From an uncultured Deinococcales bacterium (GTDB lineage Bacteria; Deinococcota; Deinococci; Deinococcales; JAAFIG01): a DNA stretch of 22,165 nt. Made by a program: the position numbers and the translations under genes. The stretch covers positions 1 through 22,165 of the forward strand of contig CAXTKV010000073.1 of the NCBI GenBank assembly GCA_964244895.1. Direction: 5' to 3'. The notes under the pieces were generated by a model. The model was not told the origin of the DNA. It searched no databases and worked only from the letters and a program-made list of their open reading frames with translations. Positions 8,892 through 18,605 of this stretch are shown piece after piece (the first letter of the stretch is position 1; the number at the start of each line of letters is the position of its first letter).

Positions 8892-11444
8892 TCAACGACT
8901 CCGTTGCAGACGCAATCCGACGATGGCCTTGTAGACCTCGATCCAGCCCACGCCGACCAGGGCCGCCAGTGCGCACCATCCGAAGGCCGCCATTAAAACA
9001 GGTGTAAACCCGAATAGCCGTTGCGCGGGTGCGAAAAACAACGTGGCGAGCAATAGACCGAAGGTCAGGCCGAGCATCAGCCACAGCAACCCGTTCGGCA
9101 CTTGAATCGTCTGAAGAACGGCTTGCGTGAACGACCGGTTCTCCAGCGTTAGAAAAATATTACTCAGCACCAACGTCGAGAACACCAGCGTTCGGACCAC
9201 CGCGACATCCTCGCCGTGTTGCATGGCCACGAAATAAACACCCAGCACGGCCAGCGCGATGCCCAGCCCTTGGACGATGCTCCGGCCCAGCTCAGGCCCG
9301 GCCAGAAACGTGTCGGTCAGTCGGCGTGGCGGTCGCTGCATCTGGCCCGCCTCGGCGGGTTCGTTCTCGAAGGCGATCGAGCAGGTCGGCCCCATCACCA
9401 GTTCAAGGAAGATCACGTGAATCGGACTGAAGAGGTTCGCGAACCTCCAGTTCATCAAGAGCGGTACGGCCACGGTCAGGATGATTGGGATGTGAATGGA
9501 AACGATGTACGAAACCGCTTTCTTGAGGTTCTGGTAGATCCGACGGCCCTGCGCGACGGCCTCGACCATGCTGCTCAGGTCATCGTTGACCAGCACCAGC
9601 GACGCGGCCTGTTTGGCCACTTCCGTCCCGCGCCGACCCATGGCCACGCCGATGTGCGCCGCTTTCAGGGCGGGGCCGTCGTTGACCCCATCGCCGGTCA
9701 TGGCGACGACCTCGCCGTTGTGTTTGAGGGCTTCTACCACCCGCAGTTTGGCCTCGGGAAACATCCGTGCGAACACTGAGGTTCGTGCGGCCTCGAGCCG
9801 GAGGGTGGGTTCGTCCATCGCCATCACCTGTTGGCCGGTCACGAACGAATCCGCACCGGGTAAACCCACCTGCCGGGCGATGGCCTGGGCGGTCTCCGGG
9901 TAATCGCCGGTGATCATTTTCACGCGAATGCCAGCGTCAGTGAAGGCTCGAATGACTGCACCCGCGTTCGGCTTGGGTGGGTTCTCGAGCGCGACCAAGC
10001 CCAGAAATGACCAGGTAAAATCGTCCTGCTCCGCCGGGAAATCCGGTGACAGGTACGATCCCTTCGCCACGCCCAGCACCCGATAGCCGCCCTCGGAGAG
10101 TTGTTTCGTGACGCCGCGTATTCGTCCGGCAACGTCCGGTTCAGGGCGGCACACGGCCAGAACATGCTCGAGCGCACCCTTCCCGGCCACCACCAACTTG
10201 CCCGTTGGTGACTGCCGAACGTGAGTCATCATGGGAGGAGAACCCCCCAGCGGGTACTCCCGCGCCATCGGATACGCGTCGATGGTTGCAGACGGATTTA
10301 CCTCTCCGAAGGCGGCGACGATGGCTTTTTCCATCGGGTCGAACGGATCGGTTTCGCTGGCCCATCGGGCGTAGGCCAGGACCCGCTGTGTTGAATCCGG
10401 TAACGCGGCCAAGCCGTTGGGTATCGGGAGAAGCGTTTCAGTTGCGCCGTCGTACACGTGGCGAACGGTCATGCCGACCTGCGTGATGGTGCCAGTCTTG
10501 TCGGCACAGATCACCGTCGCCGAGCCGAGGCTCTCGACCGTCTGGGGTTGCTTGGTCAGCACGCCCATGCGGCTCAGGCGGGCGGCTCCGAGGGCCATGA
10601 AGCTGCTGAAAGCCACCGGAATTTCTTCGGGCAGAATCGCCATCGCCAGCGTCAGACCGAACAACAGGGCCGTGAGCCAATCGCCGGAACGGGCGTAATT
10701 GATGCCCCAGACCAGCGCAAACGCACCCACGCCGATCCACGCCATGCGGATCACGAACCGATTGATCTGACGTTGCAGCGGCGTTTTTTCCGTCGGGATG
10801 GAACCGATGCTGCGTCCGATTCGTCCGAGTTCGGTCTGTCCGCCGACCGCCGTGACGGTGAGCTGTGCGCTGCCCGATATCGTGCTGGTGCCAGCATAAA
10901 CTGGATCGCCGGACGTTTTCGTGAGACTGACCGATTCGCCGGTCAGAATCGATTCGTCCAACGAAAAATCGTTGCCGTCCTGAATCGTGCCGTCGGCGGG
11001 GATGCGTTCGCCCTCCTCGATCAGTACGGTATCGCCCACGACGATGTTCTCGACCGGAATGGTGGTCAGTATGCCATTGCGCCAGACTTGCGCTTTTGGT
11101 TGCGTGAGCTCGCGCAAGGCGCTCAAGGCCCGGTCGCTGCGAACGGCCTGGTAGACCGATATTCCCGCCACCAGCAGCAGTGCGACGATCAGCGTCATCG
11201 CCTCCGCGAGCTCTCCGATCACGGCGTAAATCGTGCAGGCCACCAGCAGCATCAAGAACATCGGCTCGGTCACGACTTCTTGAATGGTTGCGAGCAGTGA
11301 CCCTCCGTTGTCGGTGTTCAGGATGTTCCGCCCATGCTCAACCGACGACTTCGCGGCGGCTTCGTCTGTCAGGCCCTGAACGGCCTCAAGACGGCTCGAC
11401 AAACGATCCTCTGGCGTCACGTCACTGCGTATTTCTCGTCCCAT
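8892..11444 (-). CDS. Cation-translocating P-type ATPase (type II-like)
   Basis: TGES, PEEIP, DKTGT, KGA, MITGD and TGDGVNDGPALK motifs. AGGAG RBS. Confidence 0.95.
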   Translation of the reverse strand: MGREIRSDVTPEDRLSSRLEAVQGLTDEAAAKSSVEHGRNILNTDNGGSLLATIQEVVTEPMFLMLLVACTIYAVIGELAEAMTLIVALLLVAGISVYQAVRSDRALSALRELTQPKAQVWRNGILTTIPVENIVVGDTVLIEEGERIPADGTIQDGNDFSLDESILTGESVSLTKTSGDPVYAGTSTISGSAQLTVTAVGGQTELGRIGRSIGSIPTEKTPLQRQINRFVIRMAWIGVGAFALVWGINYARSGDWLTALLFGLTLAMAILPEEIPVAFSSFMALGAARLSRMGVLTKQPQTVESLGSATVICADKTGTITQVGMTVRHVYDGATETLLPIPNGLAALPDSTQRVLAYARWASETDPFDPMEKAIVAAFGEVNPSATIDAYPMAREYPLGGSPPMMTHVRQSPTGKLVVAGKGALEHVLAVCRPEPDVAGRIRGVTKQLSEGGYRVLGVAKGSYLSPDFPAEQDDFTWSFLGLVALENPPKPNAGAVIRAFTDAGIRVKMITGDYPETAQAIARQVGLPGADSFVTGQQVMAMDEPTLRLEAARTSVFARMFPEAKLRVVEALKHNGEVVAMTGDGVNDGPALKAAHIGVAMGRRGTEVAKQAASLVLVNDDLSSMVEAVAQGRRIYQNLKKAVSYIVSIHIPIILTVAVPLLMNWRFANLFSPIHVIFLELVMGPTCSIAFENEPAEAGQMQRPPRRLTDTFLAGPELGRSIVQGLGIALAVLGVYFVAMQHGEDVAVVRTLVFSTLVLSNIFLTLENRSFTQAVLQTIQVPNGLLWLMLGLTFGLLLATLFFAPAQRLFGFTPVLMAAFGWCALAALVGVGWIEVYKAIVGLRLQRSR

Positions 11445-11736
11445 CGTTGTTCTCCTGGTGCTGGCCGTCCGATTTTCGTTGCCTGAGCGCAGATTTGTTC
11501 AGCCATTCGTGCCTGACGGTTTCGGCGCTCTTGGAAAGCCGAACGGTGTTGTCTTCGACGGTTTCGACCCACTCGAGCGGGATGTGACGCCGTTTACCGT
11601 CAGCTGTATCGCGCTTGCCGAGCTTGATGTACGTCTGTGTTTTCAGACCCACGACTGTGCCGATGTGAGAATTGAAACCTCTCCCTTTGGCTTGAATCAA
11701 CATGTCGGCACGGATGCGCTCGGCTCTCTCTTTCAC
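11422..11736 (-). CDS. DUF2171-family small protein
   Basis: HIGTV..L...YIKL.K.D..DGKRRHIPLEWVETVE.NTVRLSK. GTG start at 11736 after AGGGG; the longer 207-aa ORF overlaps the BON gene. Confidence 0.7.
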   Translation of the reverse strand: MKERAERIRADMLIQAKGRGFNSHIGTVVGLKTQTYIKLGKRDTADGKRRHIPLEWVETVEDNTVRLSKSAETVRHEWLNKSALRQRKSDGQHQENNDGTRNTQ

Positions 11737-11881
11737 GATGTCGCCCCTACGCTCGGTTCGCGCTGGCCTGCAAGATGAGGTGACTCTCGAGTCCCATTTG
11801 CAATCTTCAGCTCGCGCTGCGATTCTTCCCGGTGCTCGAGGAGAACGCACCGCGCGCAGACCCACGATCGACACGCTGGAT

Positions 11882-12541
11882 TCACGTACCGACCACGATC
11901 TGATTGGTGACCGACGTGACGCCAACGGCGTTCCAGGCGGCGCGGGTCGCCGAGTCGCGCTCGGCCCAGGTGGGCAGGTTGCCGCGCAAAGTGATGCGGC
12001 CACCATCCACTTCGACGCGAACGCGACTCGCATCGAGGTTCGCATTGCGCTCGAAGGCCGATTCGATCCTGGCGCGAACGTCGTCGGGCGTGATGTGCGA
12101 CTTGAGGGTGATCAGGTTCCTGACGCCCTTGACCCCGCGCAGGTGCGCCACGGCGTCGTGCGCACGCTGCTGCTGGTAGTGCCAGTCGAGCTGGCCCTCG
12201 AGCGTCACCCAGCCGCGTTCGACCTCGATCAGAATGCGCTTCTCGGACACGACCGCGTCCCAGTCGAGCGCGCGCCGGGCGGCTTCGGCGATGTCCGTGT
12301 CGGTGTGTTCCGGGCTGGGGAAGGGATTGACCGTCAGTTCCTCGGCCACGCCCTCGACGCCTTGCACGCGTTTGACGGCGCTTTCGGCGGCCCACTTCTC
12401 GAAGTAGTTGGTGACGCTGCCCGAGAGGGTCACGATGCCGTCCGCGACGGCCACGGCGATCTTGCCCGCGTCCAGACTCGGCTCGAATTCAAGTTCGTCC
12501 ACCACATCCTTGTGAAGTTGTGCGTCGGTCTTGCCGTTCAT
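11882..12541 (-). CDS. BON-domain protein (OsmY-like, three BON domains)
   Basis: Three repeats of the pattern V..G.VTL.G.V.......A......GV..V.N.I.V. ATG at 12541 preceded by GAGGAG/GGAG. Confidence 0.9.
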   Translation of the reverse strand: MNGKTDAQLHKDVVDELEFEPSLDAGKIAVAVADGIVTLSGSVTNYFEKWAAESAVKRVQGVEGVAEELTVNPFPSPEHTDTDIAEAARRALDWDAVVSEKRILIEVERGWVTLEGQLDWHYQQQRAHDAVAHLRGVKGVRNLITLKSHITPDDVRARIESAFERNANLDASRVRVEVDGGRITLRGNLPTWAERDSATRAAWNAVGVTSVTNQIVVGT

Positions 12542-12634
12542 GCTCCATCTCCTCGCTGAAATGACGGTGTACCCGGTCGGTCTGGTGGTGATCGCGCTGT
12601 GATCGCGGTTTGATGTTCGAGCCGTGGGAACTTC

Positions 12635-12667
12635 AGCCTGATTTGCTGCCATTACCGTGGAGTGACC
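12635..12667 (-). promoter_or_regulatory. Putative activator box plus -10 element (BON operon)
   Basis: Minus strand GGTCACTCCACGGTAATG-N9-CAGGCT. Confidence 0.6.
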
Positions 12668-12805
12668 ACCTGACCTGTCGCGTCGTGGCACGATCCGCTT
12701 TTGTGTCGTGTGCGGTGGTCTCTCGGTGCTCAAAGACCGTCTCGAACGCGGAAATCCCGTTGCGCCAGTTCGCAATGCCTTGCGAGACGCGTCGAAACCA
12801 GCTCT

Positions 12806-13651
12806 TCAGCTCACGATCCGGTGCTCGAGCGCGGGCAGGCTGTGGCAGCGGAAATCCGGGGTGAACGGGCAATTGAGCGTTTCCGATGCGTCGGGCCGAT
12901 GGGGCGCGTGCAGGCAGATCTGTTCACCATCTTTGATGCGTGTCGCCAGATCCGATGTCTCGCGCATCGGTACGTCCCCGAGTTCATCGCGCAGGAACAC
13001 CAGGAAGCGCCGATAGTGCTCGATCGCGGCGTACTTGTCCTCGACCACGGACAGGCACGACATCAGCGTCTGATGGTGGTTCTCGCCGATGAACGGATCG
13101 AGCCGAAGCGCCCTGGCGAGCGCCCCGATGGACGCCGCGCACGAGCCGTTCTGGCGGTGCAGCAAGGACATCTCGATCTCGGCGCGGACGGCGGCGGCTC
13201 GGTGCTGACCGCGAACCTCGAGCACCCAATCGGCGCTCTCAAACGGCAGGTATTCGCCCGCGTACACCGCGAGCGCCCGCCGGTAGCGCTCGAGCCTGGC
13301 TTCGGGCGTTGCGGCGCGTTCCGCCTGCCCAAAGGCCGTGTAAAATTCGTGCATGTCGGACGCCTCGAACACCTCCTGGGCGAGATGGTAATGGCTGTGG
13401 TGCTCGGTGATGGCATCTCGCCAGCCGAGCGCCGCACGAAGGCGGTAGATGACCACGCGGAAGTAATTGCCGGAAACCGCGTCAGGTACGGTGTTCCAGA
13501 GCATATCGATGATTTCTTCGCGGCTTTTGCCATTCGGGTGCGAGAGCAAATAAAAGAACAGCGTTCGCGCCGCGTCTGAACGCCATTGCACCGGGCGTCC
13601 GTCCACCAGCACCTCGGCCTGGCCGAGCGTGAGGATCTTCAAGCTCTGCAC
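12806..13651 (-). CDS. SARP-like transcriptional regulator (winged helix plus BTAD/TPR), no receiver domain
   Basis: LKILTLG..EVLVDG, LFFYLL, REEIIDMLW, IYRLRAALG, ALAVYAGEYL...DWV and ALRLDPF.E..HQ.LM. The C-terminal tail is Cys/His-rich. Confidence 0.85.
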   Translation of the reverse strand: MQSLKILTLGQAEVLVDGRPVQWRSDAARTLFFYLLSHPNGKSREEIIDMLWNTVPDAVSGNYFRVVIYRLRAALGWRDAITEHHSHYHLAQEVFEASDMHEFYTAFGQAERAATPEARLERYRRALAVYAGEYLPFESADWVLEVRGQHRAAAVRAEIEMSLLHRQNGSCAASIGALARALRLDPFIGENHHQTLMSCLSVVEDKYAAIEHYRRFLVFLRDELGDVPMRETSDLATRIKDGEQICLHAPHRPDASETLNCPFTPDFRCHSLPALEHRIVS

Positions 13652-13992
13652 GGATCACCTGCACACGGAAAACCTTCTTCCATGCCGCTCGCTGTGAGCG
13701 GTTCTGGTCTTCCAGTGCGGTCCGTTGTTCAGGCCCTGGCTGGGATTGATGGCGAACTGGCGAACCAGCGGCACGTTGACAAGTTGTTTCTCGAGCAAAA
13801 CCGGATTCGGGTTGCGGACGGACCGAGCGGGTGAATACATCGCAAACCATCGCTCAAAACGCTTCCCCTCGAGCCAAACCTTGCTGTCCACGGCTCAACT
13901 TAGGCCTCGCGTTTGTCTGCAGGCTGATGGGGAGTTGATGGAACGCCTCCCAGCCCTCGCGGTTTCATGCGCCAAGCTCGAGGCCAAAACCC

Positions 13993-14044
13993 GAGAACAC
14001 CGTCCAGGACACGTATTTACGAACGCGTGCTGGACGGTGTTCTC
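13993..14044. repeat. 52-bp palindromic intergenic repeat (REP/MITE-like)
   Basis: GAGAACACCGTCCAG...CTGGACGGTGTTCTC, a perfect 15-bp inverted repeat that extends to 22 bp with 2 mismatches. Confidence 0.85.
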
Positions 14045-14137
14045 AATTGCTGAAGCCTGACGAACCCGAGGTTCACTCGTCCGTGTCGAAACGGGAGACG
14101 CGCGCGAGCGTCCTCGTCCACTGGACGTTCGCGGCCC

Positions 14138-14668
14138 TCACCTCGCCGCCATTTCGCGCACCAGCCGCACAGCGTGCGGAAGTGCGATCCGCACGCGCCC
14201 GAAATTGCAGGTGATCGCCTGCGAGCTGCTGGGCATCTCGATCACCCCATCGGCAACCATCGCGCCCTCGAGCGTCGCGGTCGTGCCCTCGAGACAGAGG
14301 CTGACCTCGAGCTTCAAGCGCACCCGAAGATCGCGGCGTTCCCCGGTCAAAGCGAACGTCAACGGCAAGAATAGGTCGCGCGCTTGCGCCCTCAGATCGC
14401 CCTTGAGCGCCCCGTTCACGTCGGTCAGGTTCATCCTCAGCTCGAGTGGAACGATGTGCGCATCGCCAGGCTCGCCGATCGGGGCAGTGGTGATCTCGGA
14501 TTCAGCCCAATACGTGCCGCTCAGGTTAACGGGCGCCGCGCCGCGCCCCGCCCCGAGGACGCCGATGAGCGTGAGGCTGCACGAAACCCGCGCGATCGTG
14601 CCACGGAGGCTTCGACGGCGTTTGGGGTTCGGTACGGTGTCCTTCAATCCATCCTCGGTTCTTCTCAA
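14138..14668 (-). CDS. Hypothetical, probably exported protein (start uncertain)
   Basis: 176-aa ORF with a basic then hydrophobic N-terminal segment, followed by a beta-rich domain (NLSGTYW). It is divergent from the USP gene. Confidence 0.5.
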   Translation of the reverse strand: MRRTEDGLKDTVPNPKRRRSLRGTIARVSCSLTLIGVLGAGRGAAPVNLSGTYWAESEITTAPIGEPGDAHIVPLELRMNLTDVNGALKGDLRAQARDLFLPLTFALTGERRDLRVRLKLEVSLCLEGTTATLEGAMVADGVIEMPSSSQAITCNFGRVRIALPHAVRLVREMAAR

Positions 14669-14701
14669 CGCCAGCGCCCGGATCTGAGTTCGGGTCGCTC
14701 G

Positions 14702-14782
14702 AGCGTAAAAGGGCGGCGTTACGTTCGAGTGACCCTTTTGGGTGGTCGCGGTAACTCGAACGTAACGGTCGTACCTGAGACT
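14702..14782. promoter_or_regulatory. Divergent promoter pair with inverted activator boxes
   Basis: CGTTACGTTCGAGTGACC (14717-14734) and GGTAACTCGAACGTAACG (14750-14767) form an 18-bp inverted repeat with 1 mismatch. Each box is followed 9 nt later by a -10-like hexamer (TACGCT on minus, GAGACT on plus). Confidence 0.7.
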
Positions 14783-14806
14783 CGAGCCAGGAAACGAGGT
14801 TCATCT

Positions 14807-15760
14807 ATGTTCCAGAACATTTTGATTCCCGTGGACGGTTCCCCCTGTAGCGCACGCGCCACGCATCTCGGACTCGAGTTCGCCAGGCGGCTCGTTGGTC
14901 GCGCGATCTTCACCTACGCGTTGATCGAGCACGTCAGCCAGGACGACGGTCAGCAGGTCTTGAGCCCGTCGGCGAGGCTGGCCGAAGAAGCCCGTGTCAA
15001 GTTCGAGACGCGCCTGATCGATGGCTACACGCAGGGCATCGGTGACGCCATTGTCCGCGAGTGCCAGGAATCGGGTTGCGACCTGATCGTGATGGGCACG
15101 CACGGGCGCGAGGGTATGGAGCATCTGCTCCTGGGCAGCGTCGCTGAGCGGGTCAGCCGTCAGGCGCTCGTCCCGGTGATGCTCGTCCGAAACCAGGAGC
15201 GTCCGACCAACGATGCTTTGAATTTCGAGCGCATCGTGGTGACGGTCGATGGCAGCCAACCGAGCCTGTTGGCGCTGACCACGGCCAACGAACTGGCTTG
15301 TGCGCTCGGCGCGAGCCTGGAGGTGATGCACGTGATCCCGGACGTACCTTCGGCCTACGCCTACGCCGCTTACGAGTACGCACCAATCATCGACTACGAC
15401 CGCTATCAGCGCGACCTCGAGGCGGAAAGTCAGGCGATTATCGCTGCGGCTCTCGCGCATTTGAAGGCCAACGCGACGAAGATGGCGGATGTCAGCACCT
15501 CACGCGTGCCCGCAAACAACCAGCGCGTCGGCGATGCCATCGCACAGGCAGCCACGGAACACCGCGCCGACTTGATCGTGATGAGTACGCACGGGCGCAC
15601 CGGCTTCGACCGATTGCTGCTGGGAAGCGTGGCCGAGCGCGTCTCGCACCGCGCCGAGGTTCCGGTACTGTTCGTTCGGGCACCCCAGGTCAAGGCCGAT
15701 CAGCCCGAAAAGACACGCTCGAATGCAGCGGTGTTATCTGATGCCGCACCGACAGGCTGA
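14807..15760 (+). CDS. Tandem-domain universal stress protein
   Basis: Two USP domains: ILIPVDGS...DLIVMGTHGR.G...LLLGSVAERV and IVVTVDGS...DLIVMSTHGRTG..LLLGSVAERV. ATG at 14807 with GAGG RBS. Confidence 0.95.
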   Translation: MFQNILIPVDGSPCSARATHLGLEFARRLVGRAIFTYALIEHVSQDDGQQVLSPSARLAEEARVKFETRLIDGYTQGIGDAIVRECQESGCDLIVMGTHGREGMEHLLLGSVAERVSRQALVPVMLVRNQERPTNDALNFERIVVTVDGSQPSLLALTTANELACALGASLEVMHVIPDVPSAYAYAAYEYAPIIDYDRYQRDLEAESQAIIAAALAHLKANATKMADVSTSRVPANNQRVGDAIAQAATEHRADLIVMSTHGRTGFDRLLLGSVAERVSHRAEVPVLFVRAPQVKADQPEKTRSNAAVLSDAAPTG

Positions 15761-15809
15761 ACCACGAACGCATCCCGGTTCTGCGCAGGATATCTCAAGA
15801 GTAGATTTC

Positions 15810-15861
15810 TTGAATACCGTCGAGCACGCAAGAATGAATGGGCGTGCTCGACGGTGTTTGC
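15810..15861. repeat. 52-bp palindromic intergenic repeat, diverged copy
   Basis: AATACCGTCGAGCACGC-N12-GCGTGCTCGACGGTGTT between the convergent USP and mgtA-like genes. Confidence 0.75.
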
Positions 15862-15923
15862 GTAAAACCATCTCGAGTACCCTGAAGGAGATTTGCGCCC
15901 GCAAAGATCATCGAGGCGCAACC

Positions 15924-18500
15924 TCAGGCCATCACCCGACCAAACAACTGGCGCTTGACCAGCTCCACCAGCCCCAGGTACGTCAGCGTCGCTCCACCCA
16001 GGAACGCGAAGTACAAAGGTGGCAGCCCGACAAAGCCGAGAATCCCTGCCAACGGCGTGAACGGCAGCAGCGCCCCGACGACCACGACCCCGAGCGCCGT
16101 CGCGGTCAACGCCGGGCTCGCCCTCGAGCGCAACGGGTTGCCGAAGGTGCGAATCACGAAGATCACCAGCGTCTGCGTGGCCAGCGATTCGACGAACCAG
16201 CCCGTGTGAAACTCGGCTTCCGTGGCTCGGAAGACTTTCAGAAGCACGTAAAAGGTCAGGAAGTCGTACAGGGAACTGATTGGCCCGATCCAGAACATGA
16301 AACGTCGAATCAGGCCGATGTCCCAGTGATGCGGTTTCTGAATGAAGGCCTCGTCAACGTTGTCGCTCGGGATCGTGATCTGCGCCAGGTCGTAGAGGAA
16401 GTTGTTGACCAGAATCTGCGTCGGCAGCATCGGCAGGAACGGTAAAAACAGCGACGCCCCGGCCATGCTGAACATGTTCCCGAAGTTGGAGCTCGTGCCC
16501 ATCAGGAGGTACTTCATGACGTTTCCGAAGGCCCGGCGACCCTCCAGGATGCCGCTCAAAAGCACCCGCAGGCCCGGCTCGAGCAGGATGATGTCGGCAG
16601 CGTCCTTGGCGACATCCGTGGCGTTGGCCACGCTGATGCCGACATCCGCCGTGTGCAGGCTGGGCGCGTCGTTGATGCCGTCACCCATGTACCCGACGAC
16701 GTGCTTGCGGGCTTTGAGCGCCAGGATGATGCGGTTCTTCTGCGCAGGTGCGACGCGAGCAAAGACCGCGTTCGCCTCCGCCACCTGAAACAACGCGCTG
16801 TCCGTCATGTCCTCGAGTTCGCTGCCCAGCACGATCCGCCCGACCTCCAGCCCGACGGCCTCGCAGACGTGCCGGGCGACGAGTTCGTTGTCGCCGGTCA
16901 GGATCTTGACCGTCACGCCCCTGGCCCGGAGTTCGTCCAGCACCTCCTTGGCGTCCGGCAGCGGCGGGTCGACGAAGGTCACGAAGCCCGCCAGCACCAG
17001 GTCGTGCTCGTCGCTGGCGCGGTACGCAACCTGTTGAACGTCAACTTGAATGGTGCGGTACGCCACCGCGATCACCCGGTAGCCCTGGGCGGAGAGTCTC
17101 TGAAAGACCCCCTCGATCCTGCCCCGCGCATCGGCGTCCAGCGGTTGCACTGATCCACCCCGCTCGAACGAGGTGCAAATCTTCAGGATGCTCTCCGGCG
17201 CGCCCTTGGTCAGCATCAGGTGCTCGCCACCTCGAGCGACCACGACCGAAGCGCACCGCCGCTCGAAATCGAAGGGAATCTCACTGAGCTTCGTGTAGGG
17301 CCGCACATCCGGGTGCTCGAACTTCAGGATCGCCATGTCCAGCGGATCCGCACCCTTGGGCTCGAGGATCGCCGCGTTGAGCGGGTTGGCGATGCCGGTC
17401 TCGAACAGGCTGTTCAGGTACGCGAGCAGGAAAACCTTTTCGGATGGCCCACCGAACGGATCGAGCCGCCCCTCGAGCGTCATCGCGCCGCTGGTCAACG
17501 TGCCCGTCTTGTCGCTGCAGAGCGTGTCGATCTGACCGAAGTTCTGAATGCTCGAGAGGTTCTTGACGATCACGTGCTGTTTGGCCATGCGGATCGCGCC
17601 GTTCGAGAGGGTGATCGTCGTGATCATCGGCAAAAATTCCGGCGTCAAACCGACGGCCAGCGCCACGGCGAACAGCAGCGACTCGAGCGGGTCGCGCTTG
17701 TGCAGGGCGCTGACGGCGAAAACGAACAGCACCAGGAAGAACACGACCTGGACGATGAACAGACTGAAGGATTTCATGCCGCGCTCGAACTCGGTCTCCG
17801 GGGCGCGCCGCTGGAGGCTGGTGACGATCCCACCGAAGGTCGTGCGCGACCCGGTCGCGGTCACGATCGCCTCGGCTTTGCCGCTGATCACGCTCGAGCC
17901 GACGAAGACGAGGTTCCTGGCATCGGCGGGGTTTTCGAGGGCTGCTGGGGATGCTTGACCCTCCGCGATGACGGTTTTCTCCACGGGCATGGATTCGCCG
18001 GTCAGGGCTGATTGTTGAACGTGCAGATCGCTGGCAGAGATCAACTGCGCGTCCGCAGGCACGAGCGCACCCGCTGAGAGGCGGATCAGATCGCCAGGTA
18101 CGAGACTGCTGCGCGACACCTCGAGCCACGCGCCGTCGCGTTTGACCATCGCGGTCGGTGAGACCTGCGTGCGCAGACGCTCGGCGGCCACCTGCGAGCG
18201 GCGCGTCTGCCCGAAATCCAGCCCGATGCTGCCGACCACGATGGCGGTGATGATCAGGGCGTTCAGCCAGTCACCCGAGATCCCGGAGATCAGGGCCGCG
18301 ATCAGCAAAATCGCCACCAGCGGCTGCGCGAAATACGCCAGCAACTGAAGCAACAATGGTCGCGGTCTCGAGCTGGAGAGTTCGTTCGGGCCGACCTCGG
18401 AGAGCTTCGCGCGTGCCGCCTGGTTCGAGAGGCCCGAAGCCGCATCGGATGCCGCCCCGCTCGAGCGCTCAAGGGTTGCAGGGATAGATTCGTTCGCCAT
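15924..18500 (-). CDS. mgtA: Magnesium-translocating P-type ATPase (MgtA-like)
   Basis: AVGLTPEFLPMI, IQNFG, DKTGT, GTSSNFGNMFS, LPFLPMLPTQIL.NN.LYD and FHTGWFVES. AAGGAGG RBS before the ATG at 18500. Confidence 0.9.
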   Translation of the reverse strand: MANESIPATLERSSGAASDAASGLSNQAARAKLSEVGPNELSSSRPRPLLLQLLAYFAQPLVAILLIAALISGISGDWLNALIITAIVVGSIGLDFGQTRRSQVAAERLRTQVSPTAMVKRDGAWLEVSRSSLVPGDLIRLSAGALVPADAQLISASDLHVQQSALTGESMPVEKTVIAEGQASPAALENPADARNLVFVGSSVISGKAEAIVTATGSRTTFGGIVTSLQRRAPETEFERGMKSFSLFIVQVVFFLVLFVFAVSALHKRDPLESLLFAVALAVGLTPEFLPMITTITLSNGAIRMAKQHVIVKNLSSIQNFGQIDTLCSDKTGTLTSGAMTLEGRLDPFGGPSEKVFLLAYLNSLFETGIANPLNAAILEPKGADPLDMAILKFEHPDVRPYTKLSEIPFDFERRCASVVVARGGEHLMLTKGAPESILKICTSFERGGSVQPLDADARGRIEGVFQRLSAQGYRVIAVAYRTIQVDVQQVAYRASDEHDLVLAGFVTFVDPPLPDAKEVLDELRARGVTVKILTGDNELVARHVCEAVGLEVGRIVLGSELEDMTDSALFQVAEANAVFARVAPAQKNRIILALKARKHVVGYMGDGINDAPSLHTADVGISVANATDVAKDAADIILLEPGLRVLLSGILEGRRAFGNVMKYLLMGTSSNFGNMFSMAGASLFLPFLPMLPTQILVNNFLYDLAQITIPSDNVDEAFIQKPHHWDIGLIRRFMFWIGPISSLYDFLTFYVLLKVFRATEAEFHTGWFVESLATQTLVIFVIRTFGNPLRSRASPALTATALGVVVVGALLPFTPLAGILGFVGLPPLYFAFLGGATLTYLGLVELVKRQLFGRVMA

Positions 18501-18605
18501 GAACCTCCTTGAATCCTCGACAGGTTTTGGTATGAACATTCCTGGTCATGTTCAGGTTGAACTCGATCTCCTCGGTGTTCTCGAGACGATGGTCTCGATT
18601 TTCCA

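Noticed and set aside
11779..11796. Fifth activator box upstream of DUF2171 (GGTGACTCTCGAGTCCCA on plus)
   Set aside because: It has several mismatches and no NANNNT at the 9-nt spacing, and it overlaps a common CTCGAG
13655..14060. Small ORFs between the regulator and the 14138 gene
   Set aside because: They show no recognisable homology or convincing RBS, and one runs through the palindromic repeat
14071..14088. Motif-like GTTCACTCGTCCGTGTCG
   Set aside because: The second half-site is degenerate, there is no -10 box, and it points antisense into a gene end
14384..14806. N-terminal extensions in the ORF track (USP from 14384, BON from 12775, DUF2171 from 12045, DUF6544 from 19901, DUF4342 from 20304)
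   Set aside because: They overlap other genes or promoter motifs; downstream starts have clear RBSs and match domain boundaries
15893..15921. TTGCGCC/GGCGCAA hairpin as a terminator
   Set aside because: The stem is 7 bp with a 15-nt loop and there is no U-tract on either strand
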